A stretch of 64,000 bases of DNA, from assembly GCA_013041745.1 (NCBI GenBank), contig JABDRN010000061.1, forward strand, positions 2,975 to 66,974, read 5' to 3'. This DNA comes from Gammaproteobacteria bacterium. GTDB taxonomy: Bacteria > Pseudomonadota > Gammaproteobacteria > SZUA-229. Made by a program: the position numbers and the translations under genes. Positions 27,467 through 38,513 of the stretch are shown piece by piece. The notes beneath the pieces were generated by a model. It searched no databases. It saw only the letters and a program-made list of their open reading frames with translations, and was not told the DNA's origin. How positions within the stretch are numbered: the stretch's first letter is position 1; each line of letters opens with the position of its first letter.

Positions 27467-28627
27467 GTGAAATACATGCCGGGTGAGATCGAAGTCAGTA
27501 CAGTTATCGGTGATATCTATGAAGCATCATATCAGCCAACATTCTGGCCAAATGCGCTTGAAAGTATCGCGAGGTTTACACACTCTTCTTCAGCTGCATT
27601 AATGTATCAGGATAATGAACTGGATAGTGCTGGTGATGCATACACCTATAATATCAGTGCTGAAATCTCTGCTAAACACAAAGCCTATGGTGCAGATCCC
27701 AATTTCCAGATCATGTCAAACAGCGTACCTCTGGGCAAAGCTGCAGCGATCGACCACATCATTAGAGACAGAAAGGAACTAGAGTCACTCTATGGTGTGG
27801 AATTTAATCAGCTTCTCGCAGAAGCGGATATGTATTACCTGGGCGGGGCACTACTGTTTATGGATGATGTTCATGTCGCAGCGATCGGCTTGCAGCGCAA
27901 AAAATCGATGGGAGGCTGGACAGCTCCGCAGATCGAAAAACTGGATGTTCTGATACCGCACCTGCAGCGAGCGATAAATATACAGAAGGAATTCACGCGA
28001 TTATATATCAGTGAGAAGGCGTTTCATAAAGGACTCGATAAGTTAATAACGGGGATGGTCCTGTTCGATAAGGCATTGAAGCCAATCTATATCAATCCTG
28101 TCGCCAGATCTATTCTTGATTACCATCCGGCGATAAGCATGACAAACGATATGATATGTACTAACTCGAAACAGCAGACGATGAAAATTCATGATGCTCT
28201 GCTAATGGCTGTTTCACCTGAGCAGTCTTTGCGTGATTCTGTACAGCCAAATTTCTCTATCGGATTGAAACATCCTGACTACCAATCCCCTTTACCTGTG
28301 CTCATTTCACATACTCAGGGTATATTAGATGGCTTTGTGTCAGATGGTCATCATGCGCATGCGGTAATGTGTTTTAGTGACCCTGAGAAAACACTGCCGA
28401 TCGTTGCAGAAGAACTGGCGGGTGTGTATAGGCTTACCCCTGCTGAAGCACAGGTGGCTGTATCGATTGCCCACGGGATTTCACCCAGTGATATAGCAAG
28501 CTGTAATGAGGTCGCCGTAAGTACGGTTCGCAGTCAGCTCAAGGCTGTGTTTTCGAAGGTCGGTGTTAAATCACAGTCAGAGCTTACAAAAGTGATATTG
28601 TCTGGTCCGTTCGTGAAAGATATATGA
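27467..28627 (+). CDS. LuxR-family transcriptional regulator with an N-terminal sensor region
   Basis: C-terminal HTH LTPAEAQVAVSIAHGISPSDIASCNEVAVSTVRSQLKAVFSKVGVKSQSEL. The start is uncertain (GTG at 27467 or ATG at 27476). Confidence 0.75.
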   Translation: MKYMPGEIEVSTVIGDIYEASYQPTFWPNALESIARFTHSSSAALMYQDNELDSAGDAYTYNISAEISAKHKAYGADPNFQIMSNSVPLGKAAAIDHIIRDRKELESLYGVEFNQLLAEADMYYLGGALLFMDDVHVAAIGLQRKKSMGGWTAPQIEKLDVLIPHLQRAINIQKEFTRLYISEKAFHKGLDKLITGMVLFDKALKPIYINPVARSILDYHPAISMTNDMICTNSKQQTMKIHDALLMAVSPEQSLRDSVQPNFSIGLKHPDYQSPLPVLISHTQGILDGFVSDGHHAHAVMCFSDPEKTLPIVAEELAGVYRLTPAEAQVAVSIAHGISPSDIASCNEVAVSTVRSQLKAVFSKVGVKSQSELTKVILSGPFVKDI

Positions 28628-28724
28628 TGGCTGGTATGCTGATGATAAATATCTGCCAGCCGTTACATCTATCTGCTTGGATTTGTTGATTGTGTTGCAC
28701 CATGATAGGTCTATTCTAGAGATA

Positions 28725-28952
28725 TTAGTTTTCTTCATACCCAGGTACAGATGATTCAGCCTGTTTTCGATTGTTTCTCTGTTCTTCCATCGATGTCATT
28801 ATTGATGCTTCGACTAAGGCAAAACTAAGTTCCAGTATAGCGATCACTTCAGGTGTTTTATAATTTCTATCCTGATCCTGTTGCTGTAACCCTTCGAGGA
28901 CTTTTGCTTTATCCTGCTGTACGGTTTCAAGTAGCTCATTCAAAATGTTCAT
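28725..28952 (-). CDS. small hypothetical protein
   Basis: The only support is a 75-aa ORF in an otherwise empty gap, predicted to be helical. I recognise no family. Confidence 0.25.
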   Translation of the reverse strand: MNILNELLETVQQDKAKVLEGLQQQDQDRNYKTPEVIAILELSFALVEASIMTSMEEQRNNRKQAESSVPGYEEN

Positions 28953-29075
28953 AATTACGACTCGCTAAGCAATCTATAGCAATAACATTGATGTAATAAC
29001 TGTAATGTTGCAACCTCTAAATAGAGTATAAGCTGTAGAGTGAAAACTCCTGGCCGGAAAGGCATCGTTCTGTGA

Positions 29076-29108
29076 TTGTAACAATAACGTCTTAACTCTG
29101 TAGTAATA
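29076..29108 (+). promoter_or_regulatory. possible Pho box upstream of the porin gene
   Basis: TTGTAACAATA and CTGTAGTAATA lie 22 bp apart (two helical turns), 58-90 nt upstream of the ATG at 29166. They share the TGTAACAA core with the pstS box. Confidence 0.3.
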
Positions 29109-29165
29109 CGTTAACAATCCATAACTAAGCTCCCTTGCGTTAATTTTTCAAACGGGAGTTTATAA

Positions 29166-30308
29166 ATGCAATTAACCATAAACAAGATTGTTAAAGCTGC
29201 TGTAATCACAGCATTGGCCTCACCTTTATCAGCAGTTGCAGGTGGGATCACTTATAAAGATGGTGATGATTATTTAAAAGTCGGCGGTCGTATCCAGCTT
29301 CAGTACAACCAGGTTAAACCTGATGGAGGCGACACGACTGATGAGATATTCTTCAGGAGATTAAGGCCATACATCGAGGGCAGCACACATAAAGACTGGA
29401 AAGCCAAGATCCAGTGGGACATGGGCAAAGCTGAAGGGGAAAATGAGATCGCGGTCAAAGATGCCTATTTTCAGTACAAAGGAATGTCGAACGCAAAGCT
29501 GACTATCGGTAATGCTAACTTCCCTTTTTCACGTGAGTTTTTAACCTCGTCTAAATATCAGCAATTAGTCGAGCGTACATTTGTCGGTGACCATAATTAC
29601 GGAACTCCAGACCGTAATGTGGGTATCCATATGACTGGTAATACAGAGAGTAAAAAAGTCACCTGGGGTGCCTCAGGCACGGTCGCTTCGATAGATCCCG
29701 ATAACAAGAAGCTGGATTTTGATACACCGGTCAACAGAAATGATGATTTTAATGATGGTTTCATGGTCGGTGGCCGTGTTGATTTTCACCCCTTTGGTAA
29801 ATTGAAGTTTTCCCAGGGCGACTTCTCAGGCAAGACCAGGGCCACTATCGGTGTTGCTGCGTTCAGTTGGGGTAACGACGGCGACAACAATACCTATGCG
29901 CCTGGAGACAGTAAGGCGGATGTCGATTCTGTAACAGGCGTCGAAGTCAGTGGTGCGTTCCGCTCTTCTGGATTCTCGGTTGACGCCCAATATAATACCT
30001 TCGATGCAGACACTGTACTGGCAGGCATCACAGACGGTATCTACAAGAATGGTACGACGACACTGACCAATGCAGCAATCGAAGGTGGTTATATGATCAA
30101 TAATACCATCGAGGTCGTTGCTGGTTACCAGACCCAGGATGCCGATGGCTACACGACAGCCTGGAACCGCACATCAGTCGGCGCCAACTGGTTTATCAAC
30201 AAGCATGACACCAAGGTACAGCTGACCTACAGGATGGGTGAAAATCTAAATGGAGTCGAAAATGCTGATGAGGATGAAGTCTTCCTGCAGACACAGTTCG
30301 TCTTCTAA
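29166..30308 (+). CDS. phosphate-selective porin O/P-like outer-membrane protein
   Basis: Signal peptide; YLKVGGRIQLQYNQ resembles the OprO/OprP N-terminal strand. Beta-barrel periodicity and a C-terminal ...LQTQFVF. Confidence 0.6.
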   Translation: MQLTINKIVKAAVITALASPLSAVAGGITYKDGDDYLKVGGRIQLQYNQVKPDGGDTTDEIFFRRLRPYIEGSTHKDWKAKIQWDMGKAEGENEIAVKDAYFQYKGMSNAKLTIGNANFPFSREFLTSSKYQQLVERTFVGDHNYGTPDRNVGIHMTGNTESKKVTWGASGTVASIDPDNKKLDFDTPVNRNDDFNDGFMVGGRVDFHPFGKLKFSQGDFSGKTRATIGVAAFSWGNDGDNNTYAPGDSKADVDSVTGVEVSGAFRSSGFSVDAQYNTFDADTVLAGITDGIYKNGTTTLTNAAIEGGYMINNTIEVVAGYQTQDADGYTTAWNRTSVGANWFINKHDTKVQLTYRMGENLNGVENADEDEVFLQTQFVF

Positions 30309-30369
30309 GACATGTCATAGCTGACAGAAAGGACTCCTGCTTGCCATGGAAGGCTTTTTTAATAATGGG

Positions 30370-30402
30370 GTCATCGCTAGAAAAGGCGATGATCTCTTTT
30401 TT
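30370..30402 (+). terminator. Rho-independent terminator after the porin gene
   Basis: Stem tcatcgc/gcgatga followed by ctcttttttg. Confidence 0.55.
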
Positions 30403-30490
30403 GTTTTCTGATATTCATTGTGTTTGATAGAGGGTTTTTATATAGTGGTCTGAAGGTATATCAATCGATGTATCGATAATGAGGTGCACT

Positions 30491-30877
30491 ATGAAATATC
30501 TGCCTGGTTTTTTAACGATGATGTTGCTAATGGTTTCGGCTTCGGCGAATGCCTGGTGGGATGCTGACTACAGCAGAAATAGCGGCAATAATAACTGGCA
30601 GAACAATCGTCATTATGATGGCCGCCATGATGGCTCTGTAGACACCTCGCGTGATGGTTCACTTCAGGGGAATGTCGAATTCACTATGGAACTGCGTGGT
30701 GATGCTGATGGCTATGTCCAGGGCAACCTGCGTAACGATTCAGAAAGTATCTATTTCGACCGCTATTACAACAATTATGACGGATCAAGTTATGGTGGTG
30801 TGTACCGTGACCGACGCCGGCCAAACAATGCGCCCTACAACAGGCCTGGTTATGGTCGCCCATATACAGGCTGGTAA
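30491..30877 (+). CDS. second secreted low-complexity N/D/R/Y/G/W-rich protein (candidate sulfur-globule protein paralogue)
   Basis: GAGGTG Shine-Dalgarno sequence before the ATG at 30491. Signal peptide MKYLPGFLTMMLLMVSASANA, then WWDADYSRNSGNNNWQNNRHYDGRHDG, DGSLQGNVEFTMELRGDADG and a Y/G/R/P-rich tail ...RPGYGRPYTGW. Confidence 0.45.
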   Translation: MKYLPGFLTMMLLMVSASANAWWDADYSRNSGNNNWQNNRHYDGRHDGSVDTSRDGSLQGNVEFTMELRGDADGYVQGNLRNDSESIYFDRYYNNYDGSSYGGVYRDRRRPNNAPYNRPGYGRPYTGW

Positions 30878-30933
30878 AGCTAATATATCAATCCTGGCAG
30901 ATCGCATTACAGCCTGATGTTAGCTGAAACTGT

Positions 30934-31551
30934 CTATTGATTATCGCTGCCCCATATCTCCTGCAAACGTTGATCACGTCCGCATGCGAAGCGGTAATAT
31001 TGATAGCGTAAGGGATTCTTCTGATAATAATCCTGATGGTAATCTTCTGCTGGATAAAAAGTACTGGCTGGTAGAATTTCAGTGGCGATCTCGTCCTTGA
31101 ACGGTTTGTTACTGTTTAGCTCCTGCAGTGATCTTTCGATCTCAGCCTGCTGCTTCTCATCGAGATAATAGATGCCCGAGCGGTACTGGGAACCGGCATC
31201 ACAGAACTGGCGGTCGACAGCAACCGGGTCGATATTTTTCCAGAAGACATCCAGCAGTTCCGAATAGGTGATTTTCCCCGGGTCATATATGATCTCTATG
31301 GCTTCGGTATGGCCGGTGCTGCCAGCGGAAACTTCTTTATAAGTCGGGTTTTTTTTATGTCCCGCAGTATAGCCTGAGGTCGTTGAGATAACGCCGTCAA
31401 GTTTGTCGAACGGTGGCTCCATGCACCAGAAACAACCACCTGCAAAAATTGCGCTCTCAGTTTTTTGTGGCTTAGACGTTATTGCTCCCTGTTCAGATGC
31501 GAAAACGTGCGTTGTGAACAGGCTAAGTAAAAACAGTGTGACTAGTTTCAT
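30934..31551 (-). CDS. msrA: peptide-methionine (S)-S-oxide reductase, exported form
   Basis: Signal peptide followed by the GGCFWCME active-site motif. Confidence 0.9.
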   Translation of the reverse strand: MKLVTLFLLSLFTTHVFASEQGAITSKPQKTESAIFAGGCFWCMEPPFDKLDGVISTTSGYTAGHKKNPTYKEVSAGSTGHTEAIEIIYDPGKITYSELLDVFWKNIDPVAVDRQFCDAGSQYRSGIYYLDEKQQAEIERSLQELNSNKPFKDEIATEILPASTFYPAEDYHQDYYQKNPLRYQYYRFACGRDQRLQEIWGSDNQ

Positions 31552-31683
31552 CGTCGCTCCAACAGAGAAAGTTGAAACTATGACTATAAAATCTGCCGTA
31601 AGTTTCTACCGTACTTAAAAACATAGGATCTTCTGGCAGAGGCCCTTTGTCATGGATGCTGAGAAGGATTAATGTTCCTCGTA

Positions 31684-32361
31684 TTAGAACATGAAACCGA
31701 AGGTGAAACGGTAGGTAGTGAAGTCCGGGGTATTGCTGTTACCGAAATCGATATAGTTTTTACCGACGTCACCTTTCATGTAGAGCTTGCGGTTGAAATC
31801 GTAACGTAATCCAAGGGCGGCGCCATAGTTGATCTCGGTCGAGGTGTATGTCTGTGCGACGGGCCCGCAGACATAGCCCCAGTAAGGATACCACCAGCAG
31901 CCTGTACCGACGTTACCGGTAAAGATCCCCGAGTCGATATAGGTGGAGCCTACAGTGGCGGTGATGAAAGGGGTAAAGGGTGTGCTCAGCAGGTTATACG
32001 TGAAACCGAGGTTGAGTGAGCTGGTGTATAGCGACTGAGTGCTCTTCACTGGTGATTCAGCCGGGTCTTCAGGGATGACCGTACTGGTATAGTTTGCGCT
32101 GCTCGAGGCAAATTCCATACTGAGCTCGATATGAGCATTTATATTGTAACCAAAACCAAAAGCCAGACTTGAACGTTTGTTGATATCGGCTTCGGCACCG
32201 TTATCAAACTGCAGCACTTTGGAGTTGGTTAATTTTGGCGCCAGGTAGAATTCCCACTTTTCAACACGGGAGTCATTGAACGCAGCCTGTGCATTGATAC
32301 TGACTAAAGATAACAGGAGAAAGATTAATCTAACAGGTTTAGTGCTTGCATTATTTTGCAT
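31684..32361 (-). CDS. small outer-membrane beta-barrel protein
   Basis: Signal peptide, alternating strands and a C-terminal ...YRFTFGFMF. Confidence 0.6.
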   Translation of the reverse strand: MQNNASTKPVRLIFLLLSLVSINAQAAFNDSRVEKWEFYLAPKLTNSKVLQFDNGAEADINKRSSLAFGFGYNINAHIELSMEFASSSANYTSTVIPEDPAESPVKSTQSLYTSSLNLGFTYNLLSTPFTPFITATVGSTYIDSGIFTGNVGTGCWWYPYWGYVCGPVAQTYTSTEINYGAALGLRYDFNRKLYMKGDVGKNYIDFGNSNTPDFTTYRFTFGFMF

Positions 32362-32450
32362 GATATAGCGTGCTGCCTGGTTCCGGCTGATTTATGGTTT
32401 AGCTGATTCTATCAGTTAACAGTCGATACATGAAGTATGTATGCACACAT

Positions 32451-32480
32451 AAAAAAACCGCCGAAAGCGGTTTTTTTTAA
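32451..32480. terminator. bidirectional Rho-independent terminator
   Basis: aaaaaaaccgccgaaagcggtttttttt, downstream of the dksA-like gene. Confidence 0.7.
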
Positions 32481-32504
32481 ATCGTTATGTGGCGGCTGAA
32501 ACGG

Positions 32505-32831
32505 TCACTCAGCACAGTTTACACAGGTGGTGACATAAGGCAGCGCTGCCAGCCTTTTTTCCGGAATCTTTTCTCCGCATTTTGTACATATGCCGTAGTC
32601 GCCATTCTTGATACGGACGAGGGCGGCATCGATCAACTGCACGGTATGTTGAGCTTCGTTATCGATCGCTGATAATACATCGTCATTTTCACGTTGTGTT
32701 ACCTGTTCGGCGAAGTCTTTTTCGACAGGTTCACTTTTGTGATGGACATCCTTTTCTATAGCATCGATCCTTTGAGTCAGCTCTTCGCGGAGCGTTTCGA
32801 GTTGCTGGGCTATTGCTTGGTATGATGTCAT
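32505..32831 (-). CDS. DksA/TraR-family C4 zinc-finger protein
   Basis: The C-terminal CTKCGEKIPEKRLAALPYVTTCVNCAE motif follows a coiled-coil region. Confidence 0.75.
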   Translation of the reverse strand: MTSYQAIAQQLETLREELTQRIDAIEKDVHHKSEPVEKDFAEQVTQRENDDVLSAIDNEAQHTVQLIDAALVRIKNGDYGICTKCGEKIPEKRLAALPYVTTCVNCAE

Positions 32832-32834
32832 GTT

Positions 32835-33071
32835 CTATTTCCTCAACATGCTGTAGATAAGGTCTTTGAGGTGCAGGCGTTCTTTTTTTATGCTATCGAG
32901 GTAATCATCATTGACGACTTCGATACCTTGCTCGGCGCGAAAGATTGACTTGTCGATACCTTCATATTCATTGGCAAGGCGACGAAAATGTGAATTATTC
33001 ATCTTGAGATCATGGATAGCGTCTTTGTATTCGGCAAACTCTTCTATCAGCGGGTGATGTGAAATCGGCAT
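32835..33071 (-). CDS. DUF465 (YdcH-like) protein
   Basis: 78 aa; HPLIEEFAEYKDAIHDLKMNNSHFRRLANEYEGIDKSIFRAE matches my recollection of the DUF465 pattern. Confidence 0.65.
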   Translation of the reverse strand: MPISHHPLIEEFAEYKDAIHDLKMNNSHFRRLANEYEGIDKSIFRAEQGIEVVNDDYLDSIKKERLHLKDLIYSMLRK

Positions 33072-33175
33072 ATGAGACTCTCTCTGTTTAACATCGTATC
33101 AGTTAACATCAGTTAGCAGGATACTGCCTTGATCAGCATCAAATTATGTTTCGACTTGCTTCTATGGTTGCTTTA

Positions 33176-34837
<1,662 letters not shown>

Positions 34838-34910
34838 TTAAGGCTATATTAGCTGATTAGATATGTTTGAACTGTTGTAGATGTTGGTATTTAAGGCAAA
34901 CTATTTCACT

Positions 34911-34978
34911 GTCATCTCGAGCAAAGGGACAGATTTTATATGCTGGAGGGGAGGCCCTCTGCTTCTGCTCGAGATGAC
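34911..34978. repeat. palindromic intergenic element, copy C
   Basis: 13-nt perfect arms gtcatctcgagca / tgctcgagatgac. It lies just downstream of the last gene of the Mrp/complex-I-like operon. Confidence 0.6.
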
Positions 34979-35027
34979 AAGCAGTTTTTACAATTAGTTA
35001 TTCACTATTAACTACTCTCACTGCTAC

Positions 35028-35474
35028 TCAGTTGTCCATCAGCACACGCTCATCATATTCTGTTTCGAAGAATAGCTTGTGTTTTGCTTCCTCTTTGGCA
35101 AGGCCTTCTAACACTTCTTTGAGGTGGCTTTCCGGTACTTTAGCGGCCATGTCAGAGTAGAGCTTATGGGCAGCACGTTCTTTTTTCATGGCGATGATCA
35201 GTGCGTCCTGGTAGGTGATGTTATCGCTTGCCTCGACTTCCACCAGATAGTCCGAGATCTTCAGGTCCAGTACTTCCTGCTCGGGTGAGAGTTCGTGCTC
35301 GCCGGCCTTGACGTCGATCAGGATTTTCTTATGGCGTTTTTCTTCTTTAGAAAAATCCAGCAGTATCTTTTTCATGCCGGCTGTCTCGGCGCGTTGTGCA
35401 ACGTCTTCGTAAAAATCAGCTGCCTGTTGTTCCTGATCTATCGCGTAGTCCAGTATTTCATCAACGGTATTCAT
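35028..35474 (-). CDS. rubrerythrin/ferritin-like diiron four-helix-bundle protein
   Basis: Two ExxH motifs (EEKRH, EEAKH) with paired upstream Glu residues. There is no rubredoxin domain. It lies 31 nt downstream of the preceding gene. Confidence 0.6.
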   Translation of the reverse strand: MNTVDEILDYAIDQEQQAADFYEDVAQRAETAGMKKILLDFSKEEKRHKKILIDVKAGEHELSPEQEVLDLKISDYLVEVEASDNITYQDALIIAMKKERAAHKLYSDMAAKVPESHLKEVLEGLAKEEAKHKLFFETEYDERVLMDN

Positions 35475-35505
35475 AGTACTTCACCTGTGCTCAATCAATC
35501 TGTTG

Positions 35506-37299
35506 CTATTTCTCTTCATATGCCGCGGGATTCAGATAACGGTCGATACCGCGTGCCGCATGGTGGCCATCTTCGATGGCGCTGATCGCATCAGCCGTGC
35601 TGTTGGCAAAATCACCGCCGACAAACACCTTTTCCAGCGTCGTGTGCTGGTATTCGCCCGGGGTAAATTTCCCCCATTCGATGGCAAATTCCTCATGCAT
35701 CTCTTTTGAGATGTAATCGAGATTACTGCCCTGACCGATCGCTGATATTATGCTGTCATATGTATCCGTGTGCATACGATCTTCCTGCAGCACCGGCCGC
35801 GGTCTGCCGCCTTTGGGGTCATCGACCATCTCGGCTTCTCCCCAGCGGATAGCGACCTGTTGCTCGCTGTCCGCACTCACTATCTCGACCGGTATCGCCT
35901 GCTGTACGATGCGGCAGCCTTCTTCCTGTGATTCATGGATCTCTTCTTCATCGGCCGGCATCTCACTGATGCGGCGGCGATACAGTATAGTGACTTCTGC
36001 ATCGAAACGACGTGATACACGTGCGGCATCCATGGCGACGTTACCACCGCCGATGACGGCTACTTTTTTACCTATGCCCGGGTCACGGCCATTAGCGACA
36101 TCAGCGAGTACCTGCAGACCGGATAAGACGCGTGGATGGTCTTCACCGTGAATGCGCATACTCGATGGCACCGATAGACCAGTAGACATGAATACCGCAT
36201 CATAGTTCTCCAGCAGCTGTTCAAATTTTATATCCTTGCCGATAGCGGTATTGTATTTGATTTCGACACCAAGTGAGACGATATAGTCGATATCCTTGTC
36301 CAGGTCGTTATCGGGCAGGCGATAACTCGGTACGCCATAGCGCAACATGCCGCCGGCAGATTCCTGTGCTTCGAATACGGTGACAGCATAACCTTTCTTA
36401 CGCAGGTAGTAGGCGGCACTCATGCCGCCGGGACCGGCACCGATGACAGCGATCTTTTTACCGTTTTCCGTTATCGTGTCAGCGAGGATACGCTGGTAGT
36501 CACTGGCGTCCACCTGGTCGACGATGAGACGTTTCAGCCAGCGAATGGCGACCGGCTCACCGAGTATGCCGACCGGGCATACCGATTCGCAGCGGCGAGT
36601 ACAGATCCGCCCGCAGGTCGCCGGGAAGGGGTTGGTGCGGTACATCAGCTGCAGGCCTTTTTCGTAGTTGCCGTCACGGATGCTGTGAATATAATCCGGT
36701 ACATCCATATGTGCCGGACAGGTAGCGACACAGATGCCGCATTCGACACAGCGGTCGGCTTCCTTTTTGGCCTGTTCTTCGCTGTAGCCTTTGACGACTT
36801 CTTCGAATGAGCTCACGCTTTCATTAGCAGGCAGCATCTCCATCTCGATGCGTTTGGGCGGATACAGGTGATAACCTTCAGCACGGCGATAACCATTTTC
36901 ATTGTCCTGCCAGGGTTTATCATCAACGCCGGCGGTGAAATGAAATACGGTCGGGTCTTCACTGATCCAGGCGTATTCGTTGCTCATGCGCAGTGAGGCA
37001 GCGGTACAGATGTCGACACATAATCCACACCAGCAGCAGCGGCCATAATCAAAACGCGGGCGCAGTCCGCTGTCGCCTTCACGACCCAGGTATTCTTCGA
37101 CCGCCACCATGTCGATGGCGTGGTTCTGGCAGATCTCGTGACAGCTGCCGCAGCCGACGCAGGTATCGGCGATGTTGATATGAAAACCGCGGTAAGCCGG
37201 TGCGCCAGGACGATCGATCGTTGGCCTTATCGAGGTGTATGGTTTTTCGAAGGCACGCTGCCAGACGAAGAAAGGTGAGAGCAGGTCTTTCAGGTTCAT
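35506..37299 (-). CDS. fusion of a NuoI/MbxN-like 2x[4Fe-4S] ferredoxin domain and a GltD/SudA-type NAD(P)H-dependent FAD oxidoreductase
   Basis: Residues about 40-115 carry CVGCGSCHEIC and CCWCGLCVDIC (NuoI-type). They are followed by RCVECGICVATCP...CGRICTRRCESVCP, IAVIGAGPGGMSAA (FAD) and VAVIGGGNVAMDAA (NADPH), as in glutamate synthase small-subunit-like proteins. Confidence 0.8.
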   Translation of the reverse strand: MNLKDLLSPFFVWQRAFEKPYTSIRPTIDRPGAPAYRGFHINIADTCVGCGSCHEICQNHAIDMVAVEEYLGREGDSGLRPRFDYGRCCWCGLCVDICTAASLRMSNEYAWISEDPTVFHFTAGVDDKPWQDNENGYRRAEGYHLYPPKRIEMEMLPANESVSSFEEVVKGYSEEQAKKEADRCVECGICVATCPAHMDVPDYIHSIRDGNYEKGLQLMYRTNPFPATCGRICTRRCESVCPVGILGEPVAIRWLKRLIVDQVDASDYQRILADTITENGKKIAVIGAGPGGMSAAYYLRKKGYAVTVFEAQESAGGMLRYGVPSYRLPDNDLDKDIDYIVSLGVEIKYNTAIGKDIKFEQLLENYDAVFMSTGLSVPSSMRIHGEDHPRVLSGLQVLADVANGRDPGIGKKVAVIGGGNVAMDAARVSRRFDAEVTILYRRRISEMPADEEEIHESQEEGCRIVQQAIPVEIVSADSEQQVAIRWGEAEMVDDPKGGRPRPVLQEDRMHTDTYDSIISAIGQGSNLDYISKEMHEEFAIEWGKFTPGEYQHTTLEKVFVGGDFANSTADAISAIEDGHHAARGIDRYLNPAAYEEK

Positions 37300-37313
37300 G
37301 ATATTTTCTCCGT

Positions 37314-38513
37314 CTACCTCTCGATCTCTGGCGGGTAAGTATGCAGCGATACCATCATGCCTGCGATATCAGCGATATTGTTGCCGACTGCGAGGCGCTC
37401 CATCACGGCGATGGCATGCGTATAACTCGGTCCGCGTACATGCACACGACGTACGAGTTCCGAACCATCGGTGACCATATAGTAACCATATTCACCACGG
37501 GTACACTCGGCTTTGACATAAGTTTCACCGGCAGGTACTTTCCAGTGTAATACATTGGGCATATCGGCCTGGAAGGCGCCATCCATCGGCATACGGTCTA
37601 GGCACTGGCGAATCAGGCTGATGCATTGCCTTGTTTCCTGTAGACGCAGGTAGGCACGTTCATAAGCATCTGAATCTGTACCGGTGACGATATCGAAGTC
37701 CAGTTGATCGTAGGCCAGATAAGGTTCATCTTTACGCAGGTCGCGTTTGACGCCACAGGCGCGTGCGTTAGGGCCGACGATACCGTAGGGATCGATCATT
37801 TCAGGCGGGATAATGGCGAGGCCTTTCGAGCGTGCTTTGAAAACGGTATTGTTAAACATCACACGTTCGATCTGATCGAGCAGTTTCTCAGCACCGTCCA
37901 TGATCTCTCGGGCACGACCCTCGAAACCATCGGGCAGGCCGGCACGTACGCCGCCGGGTACTATGTACATGTGGTAGATGCGGGCACCGGTCATTTCTTC
38001 GAACAGGTCGAGTACGTAGTCGCGATAGGCCAGTGTCCAGTTAGCGACGGTGTACTGGCCGAAGGCGCCGCCCTGGCCGCCGATCCACATCAGGAAACTG
38101 GCGAGGCGCATCATCTCGAGGTTCATGGTGCGCAGCCAGGTGGCACGCTCTGGTATCTCGATACCGCTGATTTCTTCTACCGCATGCGAGTACAGATATT
38201 CGTTGAATGTCGGTTCGGGTACCGCGATACGGCACACCACGGTAAAGTTCTGGATGAAGCTGCGGCGTTCCATCAGTTTTTCGAAACCGCGGTGCAGGTA
38301 GCCGACATGGGTCTTGCAGTCGATGATGGTGTCGCCGTCGAGCGTCAGCTCCAGTGACATGTTGCCGGTGATGCCCGGGTGCTGCGGTCCCTGCCACAGT
38401 TTGACGTATTTTCCTGAAGCCAGGTCGACAGGTTCGGGCTGGGCAAAATCCAGCGAGGCGGAGTGACCTGTTGAAATGGGGCTGCTGGTGGTACGGCCAA
38501 ATGGCAGTTTCAT
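37314..38513 (-). CDS. NuoD / group-4 hydrogenase large-subunit homologue lacking NiFe ligands
   Basis: GPQHPG..., HVGYLHRGFEKL, RIYHMYIVPGGVR and VHVRGPSY are NuoD/MbhL-like blocks. The N-terminal site reads VVCRIAVPE and the C-terminus reads HTYPPEIER instead of the Cys motifs. Confidence 0.8.
   Translation of the reverse strand: MKLPFGRTTSSPISTGHSASLDFAQPEPVDLASGKYVKLWQGPQHPGITGNMSLELTLDGDTIIDCKTHVGYLHRGFEKLMERRSFIQNFTVVCRIAVPEPTFNEYLYSHAVEEISGIEIPERATWLRTMNLEMMRLASFLMWIGGQGGAFGQYTVANWTLAYRDYVLDLFEEMTGARIYHMYIVPGGVRAGLPDGFEGRAREIMDGAEKLLDQIERVMFNNTVFKARSKGLAIIPPEMIDPYGIVGPNARACGVKRDLRKDEPYLAYDQLDFDIVTGTDSDAYERAYLRLQETRQCISLIRQCLDRMPMDGAFQADMPNVLHWKVPAGETYVKAECTRGEYGYYMVTDGSELVRRVHVRGPSYTHAIAVMERLAVGNNIADIAGMMVSLHTYPPEIER

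Noticed and set aside
37314-38513. Calling the NuoD-like gene a [NiFe] hydrogenase large subunit, and the operon a membrane-bound hydrogenase.
   Set aside because: Neither the N-terminal RxCGxCxxxH nor the C-terminal DPCxxCxxR/H motif is present, and no hyp maturation or endopeptidase genes are nearby.
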